The notes under the pieces were generated by a model that had not been told where the DNA came from, searched no databases, and saw nothing but the letters and a program-made list of their open reading frames with translations. A stretch of DNA of 64,000 nucleotides. Origin: Rhynchobatus australiae. Taxonomy: Eukaryota. Both the position numbers and the translations under genes were made by a program. The DNA lies in NCBI GenBank assembly GCA_034780895.1, contig JAUZTB010000087.1:44753795-44817794 (forward strand). The letters are read 5' to 3'. Within the stretch, counting starts at the first letter, position 1. The number at the start of each line of letters is the position of its first letter. Positions 1 to 11,000 of this stretch are shown here, in pieces.

Positions 1-879
1 CTCAGTTAACTGAGCTTTTTTGTCTTCTGTTCTCCCTTACTTTGTGCACCATGCCATTCCTTTGCCATAGACAAATATAAAAAATCCTATCTGTCTTTTG
101 TCCTCAAGCAATAGCAAGATACAACAATTGTGCTTTAGAAACTTGTATTGATTTTGATTTTTTTTCCATCACTCACTTGTTCATTTTTACTTGCTTTCAG
201 AATTTATCTTGTCTGTCCTGTTTTATGTAAATGCTTTTTGAGCTCAATGTATTTTTGATATTATGCTAGTAGTAAATAATATTCAAATTTGATAGATGTT
301 CTATACTTAATGTGGCCAATTATAACTTTCTGTGATAAACAAACATGAAACAGTAATGGCCACAAAATGGAATTGGTAATCTCACTATTCCAATGGACAC
401 TGCCATCTTAATAAGGCTGCATCACTGGATGTCCAAAACGCTACCTGTTTTAGACAAAAGATTCCTATCGATGTGGAAATCAAAGGTCATAAAATGCATA
501 TAGGCCTTTAATTGCCACTTTAATCACCACTGTGTCGACAATCTAACCAATTTGCTGGTGATAATTTTACTGGGGATAGAGGTGAAGAGTTTGTAGAAAG
601 CCTTAGTTACTTTTGTGATGAGATGAAGAGCAGGAGGAGGGCTTCTCTGGGCCATAGAAATGAGCTGGCCTGCTGCCAAGCCAGACTTTGCCCCTCGATC
701 TTGCACTCCATGCTGGGATGGATGTGCCCACCTCCAACAAATCTTCATAATGGGAAGGATGCTATTCAACCAATGGTGTTCACACTCCAGAATAAAGGTC
801 ACCTCAGTCTTAGAATTTATGCATGTTTGTGTGTCTTGATAGCTCCAAGCTATCATTAACTCATAAAATTAAAAAAACC

Positions 880-1920
880 AGATGATGGGCCTTTAACTCA
901 ACAACTACAAAGCAAAGATCTTCCTGTTGTACAACCTGCCCCTGCTGTACAAAATTGTTCTTTGACATTAGAGGTTCACAGTGAAACCCTGGAAAACAGG
1001 AACACTTCTCATACCTCAGGAGCCACCTCTCAGTGAAGGCAGACATCAATGATGGAAGGTATAGNNNNNNNNNNNNNNNNNNNNNNNNNNNNNNNNNNNN
1101 NNNNNNNNNNNNNNNNNNNNNNNNNNNNNNNNNNNNNNNNNNNNNNNNNNNNNNNNNNNNNNNNCTCAGTGAAGGCAGACATCAATGATGGAAGGTATAG
1201 TGCCTTCAATTTGCCACGAGGAAAAGGGTGTTTGAAGATCAAGACCTCAGACCTGGTACAAAACCCATGCTCATCCAGGCAGCAGTAATCACTGAAATAA
1301 AAACAGAAAATGCTGGAAACACTCAGCAAATCAGATTGCACCTGTGGAAAGAGAAGTAGTTAGCAGTACAGGTCCAGGAAAAGGTCAGAATTGGGAAAGA
1401 GATAAAAACAAGTTAGGACAGAAGGTCAGAGAGGGATGGGTAGAACAAAGGGAATATTCTTGGGAGGGCAATACCAAGTGGGTTAATTAGTACAATTATA
1501 AGCACATTAAGTTTCTGTAATTACAGTTAATGGCAGGGCTGTGGGAATGTGCCCAGGTGGCCAGATTGTACAAATAAAAAAAAGTGAGAAGGATGACAGG
1601 CAGTGATCCCTGCCCTCCTACATGGTTCTGAGACTGAGACTCCAGGCAGGCATTGGAAAAAATACCAGCAACACCATCTCCACGAAGTCAATTAAATGCA
1701 TTCAAAGGATAGTCACACCCACAACAGTGTCCCAGACCATTCTCCCCAGCACTGAATCTTCAATTACACTGAATCAGCTCCATCAGGCAGGGCACATCTT
1801 TCGTATGCTCGAAACCAGACCCCTAAAGCTCCTATTCCAAGCTCTGTCACAGGAAGAGATTATCAGGCAGACCGAGGGAATCATTCCAAAGCCTTCTTGA
1901 AATGAATATACAACATTTGC
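880..1920 (+). mobile_element. Decayed RTE-clade LINE fragments, interrupted by a Penelope-like copy (about 1290-1600)
   Basis: Translated remnants resemble the RTE RT C-terminus (ETLEN..YL.S.LS..ADI; KRVFEDQDL; ITLNQL.QAGHIFRM.ETR). Boundaries are approximate. Confidence 0.6.
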
Positions 1921-2172
1921 TCTGGGACAACACACACAAAATGCTGGAGTACCTTGGCAGGTCAGGCAGCATCTACATGTTCTCCCCATGTGTTTACGTG
2001 GGTTTCCTCCGGGTGCTCTGGTTTCCTCCCACATTCCAAAGACGTACAGGTTAGGAAGTTGTGGGCATGCTNNNNNNNNNNNNNNNNNNNNNNNNNNNNN
2101 NNNNNNNNNNNNNNNNNNNNNNNNNNNNNNNNNNNNNNNNNNNNNNNNNNNNNNNNNNNNNNNNNNNNNNNT

Positions 2173-2500
2173 AGACTCCCCCCACCCTGTAAAATAGACT
2201 TTTACCTTCCACCTTATCCACGCCTCTCATAATTTTAAACACTTCTATCAGGTCGCCCCTCATTCTCCTACATTCCAAGGAATAAAGACCCAGCCTGACC
2301 AACCTCTCCCTATAACTCAGGCCCTCGAGTCCTGGCAACATCCTTGTAAATTTTTTCTGCACTCTCTCCAGTTCAACTACATCTTTCCTATAACAGGGTG
2401 ACCAGAACTGTGCACAGTGCTCCAAGTGTGGCCTCACCAATAACTTGTACAACTGCAATGTAATGTCCCAACTCCTGTGCTCAGTGCCCGGACTGATCTG
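2173..2500 (-). mobile_element. CR1-type LINE ORF2 C-terminal fragment, well preserved
   Basis: ORF 2051..2458 reads [70 protein letters not shown]. Confidence 0.92.
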
Positions 2501-3609
2501 ACTAATAGTCTGGTGTTTGTATTCCTGCAGTGTATAGACAACATTCGGTGCAATGGCCTAATGACCAATGTCTTTGAGGAATATTCAAAAGTGACTGTGC
2601 CTCATATGATAAGGTAAGTGTTTTGCAGCGATGATTCCTGCCAAAGTAGATTCAGTGGGAGAGCACTGAGAGAGATCTCACACGTGCCGTTCACAATTCT
2701 CATGATACATTTCCTGCAAGGGCCATTGCTTACTGAGAGTGCCAGATTATACAGCAACAGGTTGAAGCTTTCTGGTCAACTGGACAGCCCCTCTGGCCCA
2801 GCATGTTTTGAATCTGTAGGACAGATCTGTACTAAATAACTAATTCTAAGGGAGATCCAAAATTAACCAAGATCTGAACTAACCTGTAGATAGTTAACCT
2901 ACCAGTGTAACTTTTGTGATCTCAGCCGATAGCATTTCCAACTTACAGAAACGTCAAGTTACCAACAATTCTCAGAACCCTTACGTAACCCAGGGAGTGT
3001 CTTTACTTGGAAAGAAGAGTTCTGCTGCCCAGAGGAAGATGATCGGGGAAAACTTCTGTGGTCTGGCACCAGTCAAGTCCCAAGGATGCCAGACTAGAGA
3101 GCTTCAACCTGTATTGATCTATTTCTATCTTCTTATAACAAATAGACTTGCTTGTAGCTACTATCAGCAGCAAGCAAGTTAGGTGGGATGACAAGCAGGA
3201 AGTGCCTTAAATACTCACCATACCAGGAAGCATCTGTGGAGATGGAAGTTGGTTGATGATCAGTCCTGATCATATTGAATGGCAGGACAGGCTCAAATGA
3301 CCTACTCCTGTTCCTATTTTCTGTTGATACTTCTATGTTACATGTCCTGTCATCAAAACTGGGAAGTATCACAAGTTGAAAAGATTTTAAGCATTTAGAG
3401 GCAGGGAGAAGAGAGGGAAGACCCATCAGAGAATGGAACATGTGGTTAAATGTCAGGAAGGATGATGGTGCAGGGCACAAAGGACGGTGAAGAGGTGTAA
3501 AGAAATGACATCAGAAAAGGTGTAAAAAGAAATAGCAGAATAGAATGATAATTCCTTTGGAGATCAAATTTTGTCCCTTGATTTGGAGGAGATGGATCAT
3601 TCCTTGAGA

Positions 3610-3919
3610 GGGCAGGCCCGGTAGTGTAGCGGTGAGCGTAACACTATTACAGCGCCAGCGACCCGGGTTCAATTCCAGTCACTGTCTGTAAGGAGTTTGT
3701 ACGCTCTCCCCGTGTCTGTGTGGGTTTCCTCCGGGTGCTCCGGTTTCCCCCCACATTCCAAAGACGTACAGGTTAGGAAGTTGTGGGCATGCTATGTTGG
3801 CGCCGGAAGTGTGGCGACACTTGCGGGCTGCCTGAAGAACACTCCACGCAGAAGGTGAATTTCACTGTCTCGATGTACACGTGACTAATAAAGAGATCTT
3901 TTCTTTTTTTTCTTTTCTT
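3610..3919 (+). mobile_element. Full-length tRNA-derived V-SINE
   Basis: A-box-like GGTAGTGTAGCGG, B box GGTTCAATTCC (3666-3676), V-domain gtgggtttcctccgggtgctccggtttc, AATAAA and T-rich tail. A partial copy sits at about 1975-2071. Confidence 0.88.
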
Positions 3920-3920
3920 A

Positions 3921-4090
3921 AACAGTGAACGTTTTGGGTCGAGAACCTTCATCAGGACTGGAAAGGAAGAGGGCAGAAGCCAGTATAAGGAGGTCAGGTG
4001 GGGGAGTACATGCAGGAAGGTGATAAGGTGAGTCTGGGTGAGGGGGGAAGGGTTGGAGGGTGGGGGTGGAGGTGGGGGAGGGAGGATTCA
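3921..4090 (-). mobile_element. Penelope-like element terminal fragment with degenerate hammerhead core
   Basis: The - strand reads cagtc-CTGATGA-aggttctcgaccc-AAAA-cgtt-cactg. Same family as the copies at 21.5, 30.1, 55.1, 56.1 and 58.7 kb. Confidence 0.65.
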
Positions 4091-4094
4091 CTGA

Positions 4095-4312
4095 CCCATG
4101 ACTGGAGAAGGAGCACTGGATGGTATCAAGAACCTCGAGGCCCTGTGGCAGGAGCACAAAGGAGTCCTGCAAAATAATGGAACAGACTGCTGCACAGACT
4201 ACACGCCCATTCTGTCAGACACCACCATCCCACCTGTGCAAGCGTCTGTGCTTCACCAGCATGGGACTGGAGAGGAAGCAAGTGATCCTGAATCAGGGAC
4301 TATCTTAGGACA
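4095..4312 (+). mobile_element. RTE-clade LINE 3' end remnant
   Basis: The tail ggaagcaagtgatcctgaatcagggact resembles the RTE-like tails at about 28750-28785 and 63665-63720. Confidence 0.5.
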
Positions 4313-4369
4313 AAGCAACCACACCACCCACGTATCCCCCACCACCAACGAGGAGGAGGGCAAGTCCTG

Positions 4370-5080
4370 CGCGGTCACGTGAGCGATCCATGGGCGGGGC
4401 CACTGCTCGGAGGGCGGAGCCGTGCACGGGAAGGCGGGGTCATTTCAGGCGCGTCAGCACGTAAATTATGATTGAGACAGGTAGGTGCGTCAGGTGGGCG
4501 AGCGAAGGCGGAAGGACCTGCGGCTGTCGGCTGGGTGGGTCATGGGAGGGCGGAGGGGCGCGGCGGAGCGGGAATGAGTGCGCAGCTTCTCTCCATGTCC
4601 CGCGCAGCAGGCTTCCTCCGAGAAGTTGGCTGGCGCTTGAGGTTGGGCAGAAGCTGAGAAGGATTTCCTCGGTACTTCAGCGGCCAAACATGCTTCAGCA
4701 GGTCGACCATCTCTAGGGGAAGCGAGGAGCTGCCAGTCTGCTCGGTGAGAGGAGTTGTCCCCCCTGTCCGTGTGTCCGAGAGAGAAACTGTCAGTGAAGG
4801 TGGAGAGTTGGTGTGCCCTTGGGAAGAAAGCGAACGGTTGCCCAGCCTGACCGCGACAGAGCCAATTCCCAACCTGAGAACAGTCGTGTACCAACAATTA
4901 TGATAGCGAGATGTCGCTGTGCCTGAGGAAGGGTGTCCGGAAAGTTGAAGCAAAGCACAAGACACCACAGGCGAGGTTGTGGATTCAGCCACTGGAAAGC
5001 GTCGGTTGTGAGTGAACGCCAGCTCCGGGGAACTCAAGCATGCTGCCCGCAGCAGTGAAGAGATGGCTCCACAAGCCCAA
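4370..5080 (+). promoter_or_regulatory. CpG-island promoter and 5' leader of the ZFYVE28-like gene
   Basis: GC/CpG-rich stretch in an AT-rich background. GC boxes (GGGCGGGG 4392-4399, GGGCGGAG about 4412) and extended E-box GTCACGTGAG at 4374-4383. Ends at the first coding exon. Confidence 0.75.
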
Positions 5081-5081
5081 A
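5040..5081 (+). CDS. ZFYVE28: ZFYVE28-like coding exon 1 ([14 protein letters not shown])
   Basis: ATG at 5040. The peptide resembles human MMNRFRKWLYKPK. Donor AAA|gtaagg, phase 0, at the end of a CpG island. Confidence 0.88.
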
Positions 5082-8000
5082 GTAAGGGGATGTCTTACAG
5101 TCTGTCCACGTCGGTCAAGTTTTCCCTTCTTTACTACTTCCATTTACGACAAACTTTCAGATTATATTTTAGTTTTGCTGACTTTCCGTTTCCATTGGCA
5201 GGCTTTTCAGCTTTAATTCAGAATTCCAATCCATAGAGATTGGACGTCTACTTCTAAAGAAATTATTCTCTTTGAATCTGTTTAACAGACAAGTTTAGTT
5301 TTATTTCCTTCTCAGAATATCCTTCGGTACTTCAAGTGGGTCTGTCTTTACCTTATTTTTGTTATTCCTAACTGCTTCCTCTTTACTGTTGAAGGGCTTG
5401 GACGTCGTTCGTTTATGTTCCTCACGGCTGGTTGATCACTAACGAGTAGGAACTTGTATGTTGCATCACCTGGGGTAGTTAATGCATTAACCTAACAAAT
5501 ATATTTCATTTTGGGAAGGTTTGAAGCAATTCAATATAGCGTGCGTAATTTTGCGAAAGTCATATTTTGACGACACGAAGGGGGAAGAAACTTGTAACTT
5601 AACTGGATTCAGACTGGAATCTATCTTTCTCTACACTTTGACATTTTCATTTCTCTCACTTCCGTTGACTGCCTAATATCAATAGAAAATATCGTTTGCT
5701 GTCAAATTGGGTTAACTTGTATGCAAGATTACTCGTGACTTTTCGAATCAATCCCGATGACATAATATCTGAATCATCCAGATTGTTTTCTCTATTTCCG
5801 CACATGTGCACTGAGGAAAACTGTTATTCACTGCTGGAGAACTTAGTTAACAAGGATGGAGGTATGTAACGATCTGATTATTGTGCATGGCTGTTCTTCA
5901 GTTGCTCTGCTGGTCATTTCAGTTCTGGGTAGTGAGAAAGCCGTTTCATTTTAACTTGACCATAGCAACTAGCTCTCCCGATTATTATTTCTCTTCTACC
6001 ACCGCCCCACCCCACCCCCCAACTCTTGAAGATGCAAACAGCAGACATCCACAAGCAAGAAGTCCAACATCTTTTCCAAAATAACATTTCAAATGTGAAC
6101 CAAGGTATTTGACCTGGAGGGTTTTGTAGCCAAACCCTTTCACTCCACGTCTACCCAATATGCACTTTTATTTAAAAAAAACCTTTATTCATAAAAAAAT
6201 TGTATAGAAAAGAGTGTATAACTTTTGCATTCATTGTCAGTACATTCAGTAGGGTTAACTTNNNNNNCTTATTTTTTTAAAAAAATACATAACACCATTG
6301 CCACTTATGTGGCAACTGAATAACCTGGGGGAAGCTATAACCTTGAGCAACTTGTTTCTTGCCATGTGGGGTGTTACTCGAGTACTTCCATTTAAATGAG
6401 GGCAAGGGAAATTTCAAGGGAATGTGATTTAAGTTTTCTTTTGAGCATAGACTAAGAATACTATTTCTATTTTCAATAATTCATTACAACTTGCACAATT
6501 GCTTGATACGCAAGTCCAACGTTACTTGTACATTGTTACCAATGAATTGTTGAATAGACAGTAACCAGCCACGTCCTTTCAACTTGTATGACTTTTATTG
6601 TCAACTAGGTATTAGCAGTACAAGTGCTCCTACTTATTAACAATGTGCCATCATTTCAAATGTAAAGAATAAACCCTGACTCCTGTATTTTCTTCATTTC
6701 GCATACCTGCCACTTTGACCATTTGAGTTTGTTTGCTTTCATAATTCAAAGTTAGGCACTGATACCACAGTGGCTGGTGCGTAAAGGATTATGAATGTCC
6801 GAACTCCATTGTAAGATGTTTATTAGTCACATGTACATTGAAACACAGTGAAATGCATCTTTTTGCATTACTGAGAATATCTGGGGGCAGCCTGCAAGTG
6901 TCTCCAGTCTTCCAGTGGCAACATAGCATGCCCACTGCTTGTAACCTGTAAGTCCTTGGAATGTGGGAGGAGACTGGAACACCTGGAGGAAACCCACGCA
7001 GACCCACAGGGAGAACATACACTTCCTACAGACAGCAGTGGGAATGAAACCTGGGTCACTGATACTGTAATAGCATTACACTAACCACCACACTACCATG
7101 CCAAGATGACAGCCTTTCATTCTCCAGGCTGTGATCTAACCTTAATCTTTCCACTCTAGCCTTCTAGAACTGTAAGATCATGGCCACTTAAAATAATGTG
7201 GCAAAGAAAGATTGGCTTTGTGAGTTCTGGTCATTCATTAATCTTGCAACTACTTGAGCTGAAAAAAAGGATGAATCTCATGTGTGGACTATTTGCCAAC
7301 ATGCTGTTCTAATATTGTACCCAGCCCAAGTGCCAACTTGCATTTGGCCCCAAAATGCCAACATTTGATCCCCAACAATAAAATAAATGGGAGCTAATTT
7401 TACCATCCAATGCTTCTAAAGTTGATACTGGTAGCTGTTGGCTCTGAAGGTGATGTCTTCCAGTCCTTCGCACTAAAACTCTTTTGAAATGATTAAGCAA
7501 AGTTTACATGGAGCTTTGTTAAAACAGGATCAGCCTGTAGGTGAGGGGAAATTGGAATCACCACAGAGGGATCTTGTAAGCTGAGGAAGGAGTGCACATT
7601 TACCTAGACTGGTGTGAGTCTAGAAAGGAGGACTAATGATCATTAATATAAGAGAGCTTATTTCAATAGGAACTGGAGCAAAGGTTAGTAAAGATAACTA
7701 CAACAAGATGGGTGGAGCTTGAGCCCATTGTGGTTTCCTCAACAAGACATTTTGTATTGAGAGTGCAAGGTTGTTCTAAGCAATAGTTGGCTCAGTCAGG
7801 CAGACAGCGATGGTGGATCAGGATTGATTGAACACTGTTGACAGTTCAAGTGGCAGTCCTGATGGATAGAAGAGCAGAAGTCATTTTGTGGGTTCAGACA
7901 ACTAGAATTTGTTTGTGTTTCTGATGGGAGAACATCAAAAATGGTAGGAATTGGGACAGAGCAAGCCAACTTCATGATCTCCTGATAGCTTGCTTGGGTA

Positions 8001-11000
8001 AAGAAGGAATGAAATCTATAGGTAATTTTGTTTAATCATAATGAAGTCAGCAGACTACATTGAGTAGGCGGACCAATGATTACTAGCCGCCTCCTGTGGT
8101 GACTTCTGAATCACTTTTCTGGTTTGTCAGGTTCTAAAAGTATGAGTAATGTGAAGGTGTAACCAATCAACACCCTGGGATAGGTATTTCAGTCTGCTGC
8201 TATGGGTGCAGATAAAGTAGTATTCTACTAAAGCCAGTGGTTGAAGCATGCCTGAAACCTGTTCATTATTTCAGTGAATCAGTGTGAGTGCCTGGAAGAG
8301 AGAATTTTTTTACATTTTTTCCTTGTTTATACAATGCTCCATGCTTGACTAGTTGGAGAACAATCAAATTGGTTGATTGAATGAACAATATATTAATTGT
8401 ACCCAAGATCAAGTTTTGCCTTCTGCTCTTACCCACTTTCTGTATAAATCTGAATCTGTTACATTCATTTCAAGCCACATTTCTCCTGTAGGCAGTGGAT
8501 ATATTTTAAGAGCCACATGGGGAAAATATGGGCTTCATTTATGTGCAGTGGTTTTATGTCACCTTTGTGTTCCTTGCATAAATTGTGTAGGAATTTCACC
8601 CCAGTTGTACATACTGAATGTTACATAGTTACAGTTGCATTTAAAATCTAAATTTTGGATGCAGAGCTGCAAGTGCTCTACAATATTGCAAGTAGTAAAC
8701 TTAAATCCTATTGGGTTTTGCTGCCACCAAATGCAAATCTTTTTGGGAAGAACATCATAGACTCCTTGTTAAGTAAAACTTGTGTTAGGTTCCACTAATC
8801 AAAATTATTTTCCTTAAAGGTATTTGCAGAGAATATGGAAACATATTGACTATTTCCCTCTTCAGTTTATCTTCAGATATGGGGTTAGTTAGAAGGCCGA
8901 TTTTATTTATGGCCCATCACTGGTTTCTGTTGAGACTTGAGTGCCTACTAGAGTGTCCTGGGATCAGGATATGCATAGGGATGGCTTAAAGCTTGCTATA
9001 ACTTGGAGAATTTGAGCTGCGCAATATGTACTATGGAAATCTTGGTGAACTCATGATGGTTGGCTGGTATGAAGAGACAATTGCATGGGTACAGTAGAGG
9101 AGCTTATCTTGCATTGTGATATGCTTGATCTGGGTTGTATCTAACCTTGAAAGTAATAAGAAATAGAAAAAGCAGGGTACTTTATTTTGCATTACTTTAG
9201 TATACCATCTTTGAATAGACAAGGGAGTGATTGTAGTGAGATGGGGGTTGCAGAAGTATTTGCTGGTTGATATGACAGGTTGCTCACTATTATTGTGAAG
9301 TGGCGATGTCTCAACTTTGTCAGTCTTGTTCCATGCTTCTTCACTTTACAATGTGTCGTGAAATTTGGAAAATTATCACTGAACCTGTTTTTCTTGTGTG
9401 TCTATGCATTGCAGTAGGTTCCAGACTGTCATTTCTGCAGATGTTTTTTTTTACTTGTGTAATTTGAACTTTTCACCAGACTGCTTTGCAGCCTGCAGAG
9501 GAAACGTGTATTTCTGTAACTGGGTGGGTCTGCACTGGAGGCAAATATTGCGTCAGAAAAATAACAATACAAAGAATTTGTATGCATTCAGCTCCCAGTA
9601 ATGCTTGACTTGATGGTTTGATGTATTTACTTTTTAAGCAAGAGGTGTATGCTGGAAGCCCCAGTTTCCAAACCTTCAAGAGTGCCAGTGGTGCACTGCG
9701 GCTTTTTGTTTTCTCAAAAATTGACATATCAATGAACTTTATACATGCTTCCAGCACTAGTGTCATTTTTTTTTACTTTAATGGGTTGTGATGGATGTTT
9801 TTGATCATTCTGAACACTTCCCTCCCAAACCAATCCTTGCCCCTTTTCACTCAAAATTGAGCTTGTGTGTGTGCTTTGAGTTTCCTTTCCCACATCTAAG
9901 AGTATGGGTGCATCTAGGTTCTGTTAAGCATTTATCTGATGTGATTAAATTTGGGAATTCACCTGCCACATCTCAAGAGTAGCAGTGGTATGCACCAGAC
10001 TGAACAATTGTTCATTTAAAATCTTGAGTCCAAACTTATTCTGATTATTGACCCAGGCAAAATACTTTTTGGCTTAAACCTGTTGTAATANNNNNNNNNN
10101 NNNNNNNNNNNNNTAAAGGTGTGCTTTCACCGTAATGAATTTCAACTAGGGCACAATTTCCATCTTATCTGGAACAAATGCAAATAGTGGTTATTTCACT
10201 GCAGCAGTAGGCATGATAAAGGACATTTCTATTTGCATCTTGATCAAAGGATAAAATGGGATCAATTACATCAGTCTTCACTTCTCTTAAAAGGGAAGTA
10301 AGAGATGACAATTACTTTAGAAAATGAAGTATCACTTCCTTCCAACAGCAGAGTGGAAGTTAATGTGTTAAATACTTGCTACCTGCCTTACATGAAAGAT
10401 TATGATATCTGACAGACAAAAAAATTGAAAAATTCTTTTTAGAAAGAAGAAAATAGGGATCTATGGATCTCCTTGGCCTAACATCAGTAATGGGGGAAAA
10501 GTACTCAAATCTATAATGAAGGATAGAATGACAGGGTGCCATTGTAGTATGGACAAGGTCAGCTTGGATTTGAGAAAGGGAAGTCTCATCTGCCTAATCT
10601 ACTGGGGTCTGAGGATCTAACAAGTAGAATAGATAAAGATGAACCGGTGGATATGATGATCAAGTTTTTGGAAGACTCAATAACATCCTATGTGGGAGAT
10701 TGGTTAGACTACATAGAATTGGAATAATGAATGGTTTTTGGACTGAGAAATTAGTAGGAATAAATGGATCCTTCTCAGATTGGCAGGCTGTGATTTGTAG
10801 GGTACTACTACNNNNNNNNNNNNNNNNNNNNNNNNNCACTATCTTTATAAGTAATTTGGCTGAGGTTGTGTGTCAAATATCCAGATTTGTTGTTGATGCA
10901 ACACTAAACAGGATCAGGAGAAGGCCGTCGAATATAAAGAAGCTTCAAGGGCATTTAGGCACTTTAAGATTAAGTAGGAAGAACATGGCAAATGCAGTGT

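Noticed and set aside
1029-1200. Identical 36-bp sequence on both sides of a 100-N gap (similar cases at 18550-18785 and 62345-62472)
   Set aside because: This is the typical contig-overlap artefact at scaffold gaps. It is not a CRISPR repeat or a supported tandem array.
3610-3690. tRNA-like A/B boxes
   Set aside because: They continue into a V-domain and LINE-like tail and recur as decayed copies, so this is a SINE head and not a tRNA gene.
4036-4086. G-rich tract with G-quadruplex potential
   Set aside because: It is part of the purine-rich segment of the Penelope-like remnant, with no independent evidence of function.
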